From NCBI GenBank assembly GCA_963675665.1, contig OY776510.1, positions 2,656,001 to 2,720,000 on the forward strand: 64,000 nt of DNA, written 5' to 3'. Positions 8,576 through 18,216 of this stretch are shown in pieces. The notes beneath the pieces are model-generated. The model was not told the origin of the DNA. It did no database searches and saw nothing but the letters and a program-made list of their open reading frames with translations. Both the position numbers and the translations under genes were made by a program. Origin of the DNA: Spirochaetia bacterium (GTDB taxonomy: Bacteria > Spirochaetota > Spirochaetia > UBA9216). Each line of letters begins with the position of its first letter. Within the stretch, counting starts at the first letter, position 1.

Positions 8576-9478
8576 TTGTTTTACAAGATTGGGGTTGGCG
8601 TAGTGAGAAAAAAAATTATTCCATATTTATATGTACTTCCGGCAATAGTAGTGTTTATTGTTTTTAAATACTGGCCGATGTTCTTTGGAAGTTTTCTGAG
8701 TTTCTCAAAATGGAATTTTATCGGAAAAATAAAATGGGTCGGACTGGCAAATTTCAAAAACCTGTTTGCAAGCGACCTGTTTATATCTGCCGTAGTAAAT
8801 ACCGTAAAATATACTCTGGTATTGGTGCCTGTCTATATTGTTGTGCCGCTGTTACTGGCTATTTTGATTCTGAGGGTTAAAAACTCCCTGCTTTCAAATA
8901 TGTATAAAATACTGATTTTTATGCCTACAATTCTTTCCTTTGCAATCACATGTATGGTCTGGATGTGGATTTTTAATCCGAGTTTCGGAGCCCTGAATAC
9001 AATTCTGGGTTACTTCGGTGTGGATAATGTTTTCTGGTTGAGTGATGATCGCATGGCGTTTTGGTCGATTGTACTGGTGTCTTCATGGAAAACGCTGGGA
9101 TACAATATGATTATTTATATTGCCGGTTTATCGGCAATATCTCCCGAATTGATTGAAGCGGCATATATTGACGGGGCCAATTCATGGCAAACATTCTGGA
9201 GGATTAAATGGCCGTTATTAAGTCCAATGACGTTTTTTATATTAATTACTTCATTTATTTATGCAACGGACAAGGCGTTTATCCCCATAAATATCCTTAC
9301 AAAGGGCGGCCCGCATGAGGTTACGACAAATCTTGCCTATTCGATTTATATTTACGGATTTGAAATATTCAATATAGGGGCTGCCAATGCTGTTTCCATT
9401 TTGACATTTATTGCCTTTCTTGCCATTACATTTATTATTAACAAGACATCTAAAAAGTGGGTGAACTATGAAAACTAG
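8576..9478 (+). CDS. Carbohydrate ABC transporter permease (UgpA-like; start may be GTG 8603)
   Basis: EAA loop ELIEAAYIDGANSWQTFWRIKWPLL; multiple TM segments. Confidence 0.9.
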   Translation: MFYKIGVGVVRKKIIPYLYVLPAIVVFIVFKYWPMFFGSFLSFSKWNFIGKIKWVGLANFKNLFASDLFISAVVNTVKYTLVLVPVYIVVPLLLAILILRVKNSLLSNMYKILIFMPTILSFAITCMVWMWIFNPSFGALNTILGYFGVDNVFWLSDDRMAFWSIVLVSSWKTLGYNMIIYIAGLSAISPELIEAAYIDGANSWQTFWRIKWPLLSPMTFFILITSFIYATDKAFIPINILTKGGPHEVTTNLAYSIYIYGFEIFNIGAANAVSILTFIAFLAITFIINKTSKKWVNYEN

Positions 9479-10298
9479 GAATATAACTTTAAGCCTGTTG
9501 ACTAACATATTTCTCATATTGATTGCTTTGTTCGTAATTTTCCCGATTGTTTTAATGATTTCCAATTCATTTAAACTTCCGGATGATATGTTTATCAGCA
9601 AAATTCAGCTGATTCCAAGGACCTGGACTCTGGAGAATTATTTTCTGTCCTGGAGAGATTATGATGTGCCGATCTGGTTTATCAATAGTATTGGAATAAC
9701 CATCGGTATTACATTTTTCCAGCTGATAATCTGCGTTCTGGTTGCCTACGGTCTGGTATTTCAGAAAATAAGATTTAAGAATGTTCTTTTTTCATTTTTT
9801 ATCGCGTCCATGGTTGTTCCGTTTCAGGTTACGATGATACCGAATTATATTCTAATCAGCAAAATGGGGCTTATGAATACGTGGATGGGGGTTATACTGC
9901 CGAACCTTGCAAATGCGTTCGGTATATTCCTTTTAAGGCAGCATTTTTCATCTTTTCCCTATTCTCTTTACGAGGCTGCCGTGCTTGAGGGCGCCAATTC
10001 GCTGGAAATTTTGTGGAAGATTGTTTTGCCAATCAGCCAGTCGTTTATAGCCGCCCTGGTAATACTGTTTTTTATGAATTCGTGGAATCTCTATTTCTGG
10101 CCCCTGCTGGTTATGCATACTCCTGAATCAAAGACACTGTCTATTGGTTTGCAGCAGTTTATTGATTATGAATTGGGGCACCGGTGGGGATTGTTTATGG
10201 CAACTGCTACTTTGGCATGTTTACCTACAATAATTTTATATAGTCTTATGCAGAAAAGAATAATAGCCACTTATTCCAAAGCGGGGATTAAGGGTTAA
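9468..10298 (+). CDS. Carbohydrate ABC transporter permease (UgpE-like)
   Basis: FLLRQHF...LYEAAVLEGA...IVLP; WNLYFWPL. Confidence 0.9.
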   Translation: MKTRNITLSLLTNIFLILIALFVIFPIVLMISNSFKLPDDMFISKIQLIPRTWTLENYFLSWRDYDVPIWFINSIGITIGITFFQLIICVLVAYGLVFQKIRFKNVLFSFFIASMVVPFQVTMIPNYILISKMGLMNTWMGVILPNLANAFGIFLLRQHFSSFPYSLYEAAVLEGANSLEILWKIVLPISQSFIAALVILFFMNSWNLYFWPLLVMHTPESKTLSIGLQQFIDYELGHRWGLFMATATLACLPTIILYSLMQKRIIATYSKAGIKG

Positions 10299-10333
10299 AG
10301 AAGAATAATAATCATTTGCAACAAGAGGGATTT

Positions 10334-11131
10334 ATGCAAGCTGACATTTCTAAGGGAAATTTGATTCCGGCCAAAAGGCGTGAAATTATCTGTAATATTG
10401 CCCGGAAAGACGGGGTTGTCCGGATTAAGGACCTGAGTGAAAAACTGAAAGTGACCCAAATGACCGTCCACAGGGATCTTGAGATCCTGGAAAAGCAGGG
10501 TGTGCTTGAGAGAACTCACGGCGGTGCCATTTTTTCACACCGGACCGATTTTGAACCTTTGTATGTGCAAAAAAAAGAAAAGAACATTTTGCAGAAGGAA
10601 GAGATAGGAAAGATGGCTGCTTCGCTCATCAAGGAAGGAGACACAATATTCATGAATTCCGGGTCTTCAACCCTGAGTTTTATAAGGAACCTGTCGTGTG
10701 ACGGGGTCAAAATTATTACAAATAATCCCCTGGTTTCTGTCGAATCAATTCCGAATAATCTGGAGATATTTCTTACCGGGGGGCTGCTAAGGAAGGAGTC
10801 GTTCTCTTTGGTCGGAGAGTCAGCCTTACGGGATATCCGTGAAGTATACGCATCGAAGGCAATAATCGGAACCGACGGGATAAGCATGAAATACGGTTTA
10901 ACAATTTCCGTTAGGTCCGAAGCAATACTGAATTCATTGATGATTGCCCAGACTCACGGACCGGTAATAATTCTGGCGGATTCAACAAAATTCGGAAATG
11001 TTTCCAGTTTTGTTTTCTCATCTATCAAGGAAATAAGTGATGTGGTTACTGATGACGGGCTGGATAATATGTATATTGAAGAATTTGAGAAAGCAGGAGT
11101 CAATGTACATCTGGTGAAAATAAATAGATAG
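10334..11131 (+). CDS. DeoR/GlpR family transcriptional regulator
   Basis: HTH VTQMTVHRDLEILEKQGVLERTHGGA; DeoRC motifs IFMNSGSST and LADSTKFG; ATG 10334 follows SD gaggga. Confidence 0.92.
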   Translation: MQADISKGNLIPAKRREIICNIARKDGVVRIKDLSEKLKVTQMTVHRDLEILEKQGVLERTHGGAIFSHRTDFEPLYVQKKEKNILQKEEIGKMAASLIKEGDTIFMNSGSSTLSFIRNLSCDGVKIITNNPLVSVESIPNNLEIFLTGGLLRKESFSLVGESALRDIREVYASKAIIGTDGISMKYGLTISVRSEAILNSLMIAQTHGPVIILADSTKFGNVSSFVFSSIKEISDVVTDDGLDNMYIEEFEKAGVNVHLVKINR

Positions 11132-11218
11132 AACTGTATTTGGAAAGAAAAAATCAATTTACGCATGTTTTCACCTTCTGATGGTACAGGTTTTTGGAAA
11201 ATGTGGAGGAATATGGAT

Positions 11219-12535
11219 ATGGATTTTATGAAATACGCTGATGAGCTTCAAACAAAAATATTTTTCAACTCTGAAGGCAGTATAAAAAGTCTAGGACCGG
11301 AGTTTGAAAAGAGATATCCGCAGACGGGGGCTTTTATAGTTTGTGACGGCAATACCCTGCAAGTAGCCGGCAATGATGTTATCCGTCTTTTAAAAAATAA
11401 CGGTATAGAAACAAAACTGTATTTATTTGAAGAGAAATCTCAAAAAATGCTGGATCCCGATTATGAGAACGTAAAAAAACTAATCAGCGGGCTTCCTGCT
11501 GCCGGTTTCATTCCTGTGGCCGTTGGAAGCGGAACCATCAATGATTTGGTAAAGCGTGCAGCTTCTGAAAAGAAAGTTCCATATGTATGTATTCCTACGG
11601 CGTCATCTGTTGACGGTTATTGTTCTTTCGGAGCAGCCTTAACAGTGGACGGTTTTAAAATGACGCTTGGTTGTGACGCGCCGGAAATGGTAATTGCCGA
11701 TTCCGATATTTTAAAAACGGCGCCCCGGGAAATGACCTCTGCAGGATATGGAGACCTGTATGCCAAAAAGACAGCCGGAATTGACTGGATTATGGCTGAT
11801 ATGCTCGGTGTCGAGTCCCTTGATGAAAGAACATGGAAAATGGTACATGATGATCTTGATTCAATTTTAAAGGATTCGGACAGAATCGGCGGGGGAGACA
11901 GCCGCGCTTTATCAGGATTATTTGAAGGTCTTTGTTCTGCAGGTTTTGCGATGCAGCTTTACGGTACTTCACGGCCTGCTTCCGGGTTGGAGCATATGTT
12001 GAGTCACTACTGGGAAATGGAAAATAAAGAAAACGTACTCAAAGTTTCACATGGGTTCAAGGTCGCAGTAGGGATTCTAATCAGCACAGCCGTTACGGAA
12101 AGTTTTCTTGATTTTCCGGTTGAAACTCTGGATATAAAGAAAATTATTGATAAAAGGGAAAGTTGGGAAGAAAGAGCAGGATATATTAAAAGTTCATTTT
12201 CTTCTCCTGTAATCTCCGGGAAGGTTGAGGAAGAATGCCTCGCCAAATGGCTCAATAACCGGGAAATGACGGAGCGATTGTCTTTGCTGAAAGATAAATG
12301 GGCGGACATAAAGCAGAAAATAAAGAATGAAATGATTCCCTTCAAACAGGTGAAATCGGAGCTCAGTAAAGCAGGTTGTCCTGTCAGTATGGAAGAAATT
12401 GGTCTTTCAACAAGCTTTTTACGTGATTCTGTAATCAGGGCCCAGATGATACGCAGCCGCTATATAGTTTTGGAAGCTGTCTATGACTGCGGGTTGATGA
12501 ATGAAATCCTTAATAAGGTTGAAAACTATTTCTAA
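11219..12535 (+). CDS. sn-glycerol-1-phosphate dehydrogenase (AraM/EgsA family)
   Basis: AVGSGTINDLVK, PTASSVDGY, AGYGDL, SRPASGLEHMLSHYWEM, HGFKV; start chosen after SD ggagga. Confidence 0.85.
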   Translation: MDFMKYADELQTKIFFNSEGSIKSLGPEFEKRYPQTGAFIVCDGNTLQVAGNDVIRLLKNNGIETKLYLFEEKSQKMLDPDYENVKKLISGLPAAGFIPVAVGSGTINDLVKRAASEKKVPYVCIPTASSVDGYCSFGAALTVDGFKMTLGCDAPEMVIADSDILKTAPREMTSAGYGDLYAKKTAGIDWIMADMLGVESLDERTWKMVHDDLDSILKDSDRIGGGDSRALSGLFEGLCSAGFAMQLYGTSRPASGLEHMLSHYWEMENKENVLKVSHGFKVAVGILISTAVTESFLDFPVETLDIKKIIDKRESWEERAGYIKSSFSSPVISGKVEEECLAKWLNNREMTERLSLLKDKWADIKQKIKNEMIPFKQVKSELSKAGCPVSMEEIGLSTSFLRDSVIRAQMIRSRYIVLEAVYDCGLMNEILNKVENYF

Positions 12536-12544
12536 CAGGAAACA

Positions 12545-13378
12545 ATGATCATGGAAAAACTGAAGAGCAAAAACAACAATATACAAGAAATCCCAAAACA
12601 ATTCTGTTGTGATCTGGAATATTTTTTTACTGATATTGATGACACGCTTACAACAAACGGTTTGCTTCCTTCATCCAGTCTTGAGGCCGTCTGGGCCTTG
12701 CATGAGGCCGGAATAAAAGTTGTTCCAATTACAGGGAGGCCCGCAGGCTGGTGTGATCATATTGCACGTATGTGGCCGGTTGAAGGTGTTATTGGAGAAA
12801 ACGGGGCATTCTATTTCTCATATGACAGGAAGAATTTAAAAGTTGAGCGAGTTTATAACTTGTCTGAGGATGAACGTATTCAATGTATCGAAGGTCTGCT
12901 GAGAATACGCCGGCGGGTTCTTGAAGAGGTGTCGGGGTGCGCCATAGCTTCTGATCAGGATTATCGGTTATTTGATTTGGCCATAGATTATTGTGAGGAT
13001 GTTTCTCCCCTCGATCAGGATGCGTTGAAAAGGATTATTGAAATTATTGAGGAAGAAAAGGCAGTTTATAAAATATCCAGTATCCACATCAACTGCTGGT
13101 ATGGTCAGTATGATAAAGTAAGCTGCCTTAAAAGATTTCTTATGGATAAAACAGGCAAAGCCGTTAACGAATATCAGAAGAGAGTCTTCTTTGTCGGCGA
13201 TTCGCCGAATGATGAGCCTATTTTCAGGGAGTTGAATTATACCGGAGCTGTTGCAAATATTAAAAAGTTTTTGGATTCAATGAAAGCTCACCCGTTATAT
13301 TTAACGTCCGGTGAATCCGGCAATGGTTTCAGGGAAATGGTTCAGGTGCTGTTGGAAAAACGGATGAAATATCTTTAA
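12545..13378 (+). CDS. HAD-IIB family hydrolase/phosphatase
   Basis: FTDIDDTLT, PITGRPAGWC, GENGA, SSIHIN, FVGDSPND. Confidence 0.88.
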   Translation: MIMEKLKSKNNNIQEIPKQFCCDLEYFFTDIDDTLTTNGLLPSSSLEAVWALHEAGIKVVPITGRPAGWCDHIARMWPVEGVIGENGAFYFSYDRKNLKVERVYNLSEDERIQCIEGLLRIRRRVLEEVSGCAIASDQDYRLFDLAIDYCEDVSPLDQDALKRIIEIIEEEKAVYKISSIHINCWYGQYDKVSCLKRFLMDKTGKAVNEYQKRVFFVGDSPNDEPIFRELNYTGAVANIKKFLDSMKAHPLYLTSGESGNGFREMVQVLLEKRMKYL

Positions 13379-13386
13379 AGAACAGA

Positions 13387-15093
13387 ATGACTATTTGGAA
13401 TATATTTACGTTAATAGGTGGATTAACCGTTTTTCTTTACGGCATGATGGAGATGAATAAACATCTTACCGCTATTGCCGGAGCCAGGATGAAGGGTATT
13501 ATGCTGGCATTGACAAAAAAAAGATTCCGGGGGTATCTTACAGGGCTCGGGCTTACAATGGTGAATCAGTCATCTTCTGCCACAACAGTGCTGGAAGCCG
13601 CATTGGTAGGAGCCGGGCTTATGACTTTTCAGCAGAGTCTGGCTGTTACCCTGGGCGCTGAATTGGGATCCACTTTTCTGCCTCAGCTTGTGGCTTTCCC
13701 GTCAATAACCAAATTCTCTTCTTTGATAATTGCTGTCGGTTTTTTTATCATGATGATGGGGATGACTCGCAGTAAGCATATCGGTATGGCAATACTCACC
13801 TTTGGGCTGCTTTTTTTTGGTATGGATATGATGTCTTCATCCCTGGAGCCTTTAAGAACATTTGACCCTTTTATAAATATGATGAAAAATATCGAGACTC
13901 CTGTTTGGGGAATTCTAATGGGGCTTGTTTTTACAATGATAATACAGTCGTCAGGCGCCACCACCGGTATAACGATTGCTATGGCCATGGCAGGTACTAT
14001 ATCTTTGGAGCAGGCAGTTCCGATTAATCTGGGGGCTGCCGTCGGGACATGTATCACCGCAGTTTTAGGCAGCCTTACTCTAAGCTGGGAAGCAAAACGC
14101 TCTGCCTATATTCATGTAGTGTTTCAGCTTATAGGAACCGTCTGGGTTTTCATTTTATTGATGGTTCCTTTCCGCGGAGAGAGGATGTATATCTGGTTTA
14201 TCAGGTGGTTCACATTTACAATTTTCAGAACAGACAGTGTGGCAAGGCAAATTGCCATGGCATTTACTTTTATGCCGGTAATCAACCATATAATTGTTTT
14301 TCCAAACCTTAACCTGGTAGTAAAATTCTTCAACAGGCTCTTTCCGGTAAGAAAGGGGGTAAAACCTTTTGGTCAGGAATATATAAAAGACAGTCTCATT
14401 AAGCAAAGCGTCAGTTTATCTCTGGAAATGGCTAAAAAAGAAATTATCAGGGTGACGGAAATTGTACAGGCTATGATTTCTGAAATGAGAGAAGCCTTCA
14501 GAAGTAGCAGCACTCAAATCCTGGAAAGAATCCACGCTGATGATCATAAGATTGATTTGCTGCATAAAGCGATAATAACTTTCCTGGCCAGATTGTCTCA
14601 GGAAGAATTGAGCGAGAAAGAGTCACATCTTTGCATGAATTATATGTATGTACAGGATGAGTTGGAGTCAATCGGCGATATTATTGACAAGAATATCTCT
14701 GCTCTCGCAAGGAAAAAGATTGAACAGAATTTTAAATTCTCTGAAGATGGATTTCATGAACTCGAACATTTGATCTATAAACTTGATCGTAATTTTAAGG
14801 CGTTGATGAAGGTTATTACAAATGACGATCTGGAAACGGCAAAAAATCTTTTAAAATTACGGAATACGAATGAAGAAGAGAAATATAAGAATTTACATAT
14901 TTTAAGGCTTTATCAAGGGTTACAGGAATCTATTGCAACTTCTTCAGTGCATCTGGATTTGATTACATATTTTACCCGGATCAATGGGCATATAGCCTAT
15001 ATCGCCGAAAAGCTTTTATTCATGAATGAGAAGAATAAGAAAAATAAAAAGAAAAAGAAGAAACAGGAAAAGGCTGACGTCGAAAAATCATAG
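13387..15093 (+). CDS. Na/Pi cotransporter family protein with C-terminal PhoU-like domains
   Basis: Repeated QSSSATT/QSSGATT motifs, LGAELGST/LGAAVGT; helical C-terminus with ELESIGD. Confidence 0.9.
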   Translation: MTIWNIFTLIGGLTVFLYGMMEMNKHLTAIAGARMKGIMLALTKKRFRGYLTGLGLTMVNQSSSATTVLEAALVGAGLMTFQQSLAVTLGAELGSTFLPQLVAFPSITKFSSLIIAVGFFIMMMGMTRSKHIGMAILTFGLLFFGMDMMSSSLEPLRTFDPFINMMKNIETPVWGILMGLVFTMIIQSSGATTGITIAMAMAGTISLEQAVPINLGAAVGTCITAVLGSLTLSWEAKRSAYIHVVFQLIGTVWVFILLMVPFRGERMYIWFIRWFTFTIFRTDSVARQIAMAFTFMPVINHIIVFPNLNLVVKFFNRLFPVRKGVKPFGQEYIKDSLIKQSVSLSLEMAKKEIIRVTEIVQAMISEMREAFRSSSTQILERIHADDHKIDLLHKAIITFLARLSQEELSEKESHLCMNYMYVQDELESIGDIIDKNISALARKKIEQNFKFSEDGFHELEHLIYKLDRNFKALMKVITNDDLETAKNLLKLRNTNEEEKYKNLHILRLYQGLQESIATSSVHLDLITYFTRINGHIAYIAEKLLFMNEKNKKNKKKKKKQEKADVEKS

Positions 15094-15230
15094 AGATTGT
15101 TTTAGCGGTGGTATCGGTCAAGCAGGAGTTCAGGGATTAGAATATTGACTCTGATCCTGCCGGGACGGCGGCAATATTCTCAATCGGTTTTCATTTGCCT
15201 AATCAAAACAATTTAACTACTATTAATGGT

Positions 15231-16679
15231 ATGAAACGACGGTATATTTTTGTGGTATTGCTATCATTTCTTTTTTTGACATTTGCAACCCTGCAAATCT
15301 CAGCACAGAATACGGGTGATGAACCAAGGCTTGAAGCAGACCCGCAGGCATATGTATTTTCGGATGATCTCGATACATCGGACTGGCGTTCCCTTTTCAG
15401 TCTTGCATGGTGGGCTTCAGGAGCTGAAGAGTGGGAAGATGCCGCCGATGAATTTGCTCCTGCTGTGATGAAGCTTACGGCTACTGTTGTTGAAATGGAC
15501 GAAAGGCAGAAAGCGGAATTTGTACTTGAGTATATGCATAAAAGCTTTCTTGGATCGTACAGGCTGAAGCAGACCCGTATTGATACGCTTCTTGAGACGG
15601 GAGGCTATAACTGTGTGTCCTCAGCCGTACTGTATTCAATTCTGGCTACTGCGGTTGGGCTGGATGTTTCAGGCGTTAATACATCAGACCATGCTTTCAG
15701 TTCAGTGCGTATCGATGATAAGCAGATAGATGTGGAAACTACTAACATATATGGTTTTGATCCCGGAACAAGAACTGATTTTCAGGATAATTTCGGCAAA
15801 ACTACAGGATTTTCCTATGTGCCGCCGGGTAATTACAGAGATCGTAATCAGATTGATATTATGAAACTTTTTTCACTGATTATTCAGAACCGTATAGCCG
15901 ACGCCGAATCCGCAGGCCGGTATTCGGAAGCTGTAGGTCTTGCTGTCGACAGATGGGTCCTGCTCGGCGGCGGCCGGGGGCAGGAGTTTGAAGATCTGGT
16001 TACAAGGATGCTTAACTACGGGACCCTCCTGTCGAGGGCCGGCAGGGAAGCGGATGCTCTTGACTGGGCAAAGCTGGCTGTTCAGGTATATGGTACGCAT
16101 CCCAAATGGGATGAATTTATTGACGGCGTTGCCAATAACCTGCTTGTAAAACTTGTACGAAGCGGACGGCTCGATGAAGCACGTTCCCGTCTGGACATGC
16201 TGAGGCCCCGTTTGACCGACAAGGCTGTCGCCGCATTAAATTTTATGGTCTCGGATTCGGAACTTATAGCCGCCCTGGATGATGTAAAGTCTGGCGGGTC
16301 AGAGCCGGATTTTCTGAGAGTAATCGGTAGAATCAAGGAGGAAGGAGTTGTCCCGGAAGATCGTATCAGGGAAGTTGAAGTAAACTGGCGTCTATACAGG
16401 CTTGACCTGATTGCAAAAACTGAAGGATGGGCGGCTGCATATGAGGCAGCAGAAGATGCCATCATGGAGACGGGACCCGATCCGTACCTGGAAAGAGCGC
16501 GCAGAACCTATCTGTCCAATCAGAAAGCTGAACTGTACAATACTGCGGCAGATAAATTCAATCGTCGACAGTATGAAGAAGTGATAATACTTATGCAGAA
16601 TGCAATTAAAGAATTTCCGGATGAAGAAATATTCCGATCCCTTTTATCAAATACAGAGCGAATACTGGCCGGAAACTGA
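15231..16679 (+). CDS. Exported transglutaminase-like (Cys-His-Asp) domain protein with helical/TPR-like C-terminus
   Basis: Signal peptide; GYNCVSSAVLY...SDHAFS...IDVETTN; helical repeats afterwards. Confidence 0.65.
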   Translation: MKRRYIFVVLLSFLFLTFATLQISAQNTGDEPRLEADPQAYVFSDDLDTSDWRSLFSLAWWASGAEEWEDAADEFAPAVMKLTATVVEMDERQKAEFVLEYMHKSFLGSYRLKQTRIDTLLETGGYNCVSSAVLYSILATAVGLDVSGVNTSDHAFSSVRIDDKQIDVETTNIYGFDPGTRTDFQDNFGKTTGFSYVPPGNYRDRNQIDIMKLFSLIIQNRIADAESAGRYSEAVGLAVDRWVLLGGGRGQEFEDLVTRMLNYGTLLSRAGREADALDWAKLAVQVYGTHPKWDEFIDGVANNLLVKLVRSGRLDEARSRLDMLRPRLTDKAVAALNFMVSDSELIAALDDVKSGGSEPDFLRVIGRIKEEGVVPEDRIREVEVNWRLYRLDLIAKTEGWAAAYEAAEDAIMETGPDPYLERARRTYLSNQKAELYNTAADKFNRRQYEEVIILMQNAIKEFPDEEIFRSLLSNTERILAGN

Positions 16680-16701
16680 TTTATTGCCGTAAATTATAAA
16701 C

Positions 16702-18216
16702 TTAAACATTCCCGAAAGAATGATTCAATATGTCTTTACAGGAAAAATCCTCTGAATCAAGTTCCTTGATAATTTTCCCTTTGTAAAGAACCAAAATACG
16801 ATCACACATTCCGACAAGCTCAGAGATGTCGGAAGATATTAATAAAATAGCGGAATCGGAGTGTGCGATTTTATTCATAAGGTTATAAATTTCAACCTTG
16901 GAGGGTATATCCAGGCTTTGGGTCGGATCGTCCATCAGGTATATTTTACTGTTCATAAGCGCCCATCGGCAGAGATTGGATTTTTGGATGGTCCCGATGC
17001 TCTGTTTGCTTATTTTTTTTTCAGGATTCTTTACGTTCATGCGGAAGTAATGCATAGACTCCCTGGCTTCAATATTTATTTTATTATTGTCCAGAAAACC
17101 GTATTTAAGAAAACGCCTGTAAGACATCAGCATAATATTTTCTATCAAACTCAGGCTGGGAAAAATCCCCTTAAGGGTTTCATCTCCAAGATAGGCGATG
17201 TCGTTCTGTATTGCCTGTACAGGACGCTGAATTTTTACAGGCTCATCATTGATATAGACTGCACCGTCTTTAACCGTTTCAAGACCGAAGAGCATTTTTG
17301 CTATAGTAGATTTTCCTGCACCCTGTAACCCTGCAATTCCAAGTATCTCTCCGCTTTTAAGTGAGAAGTTGATATTTTTAACCGCATTATTTGTACTGCT
17401 CAGGTTTGATACCTCAAGCAAAGTTTTCCCTTTCTTTGCTTTTGTTTTAGGGTAGCGGTTAAGGTAATCTTCACCCGCCATTGAGCGAAGAAAAAAATCA
17501 TTTGAATCCAGTTCAGAATATTCTTTATTTACGACGACAGTGCCGTTGTTCATTATTATCACCTGATCTGCTATTCTGGTAACTTCCTGGATTATATGGG
17601 TTATATAGATAATGCAGGCGCCGGTTTTCTTTGCGGCGAAAATGGCGTTTATTATATTTTCCGTTTCTGTAATTCCCAGGGGGGCTGTGGGCTCGTCCAA
17701 TATGATTACGTTCGGAGCACCGTAGAAGGATTTTGCAATTTCTATCAGTTTGCATTCAGGAAGGCTTAGATCTCTGATATAGGACTTTTCACTGATATCT
17801 ATTCCCAGCCTGTCCATTACAAGTCGGGCTTTATCATAATTGGATTTGTCATTTAAAAACCCGGAATAATTATATGTTTCCTCGTTATTTATCAGGATAT
17901 TGTCAGTGACGGTAAGGTTATCAAAAAGATAGTTCTCCTGGCAGGCGATACGAATGCCCGATTTTGATGCCTGTAACGGAGAAGTCTTGTTTATGCATGA
18001 ATTATCGATGAATAAATTTCCGGAATCAGCAGGTGTAATGCCTGCAATCAATTTTGCCAAAGTAGATTTCCCTGCGCCGTTTTCCCCAAGGATACAGTAA
18101 ATCCGGCCGGGTTTAAATTCAATGTTTATATTGTTTAATACAGGGTAATTTCCGTAATATTTAAAAATATTCTGAAGGCGGACAGCTGTGTCTGACGGCA
18201 ATTTTCTCTCCTTCAA
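16702..18216 (-). CDS. RbsA/MglA-type sugar ABC ATP-binding protein with a degenerate second NBD
   Basis: NBD1 has GENGAGKST, DEPT and ITH. NBD2 has QSIGTIQK in place of LSGGNQQK and DDPTQSLD in place of DEPTRGID. Confidence 0.82.
   Translation of the reverse strand: MKERKLPSDTAVRLQNIFKYYGNYPVLNNINIEFKPGRIYCILGENGAGKSTLAKLIAGITPADSGNLFIDNSCINKTSPLQASKSGIRIACQENYLFDNLTVTDNILINNEETYNYSGFLNDKSNYDKARLVMDRLGIDISEKSYIRDLSLPECKLIEIAKSFYGAPNVIILDEPTAPLGITETENIINAIFAAKKTGACIIYITHIIQEVTRIADQVIIMNNGTVVVNKEYSELDSNDFFLRSMAGEDYLNRYPKTKAKKGKTLLEVSNLSSTNNAVKNINFSLKSGEILGIAGLQGAGKSTIAKMLFGLETVKDGAVYINDEPVKIQRPVQAIQNDIAYLGDETLKGIFPSLSLIENIMLMSYRRFLKYGFLDNNKINIEARESMHYFRMNVKNPEKKISKQSIGTIQKSNLCRWALMNSKIYLMDDPTQSLDIPSKVEIYNLMNKIAHSDSAILLISSDISELVGMCDRILVLYKGKIIKELDSEDFSCKDILNHSFGNV

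Noticed and set aside
6325-10298. Missing ATPase in the CUT1 ABC cluster as a sign of decay
   Set aside because: CUT1 systems commonly share an MsmX/MalK-type ATPase encoded elsewhere.
15027-15072. A-rich, poly-Lys tail of the Na/Pi cotransporter as a phase-variable tract
   Set aside because: The A runs are short, interrupted and at the extreme C-terminus, so slippage would have little effect.
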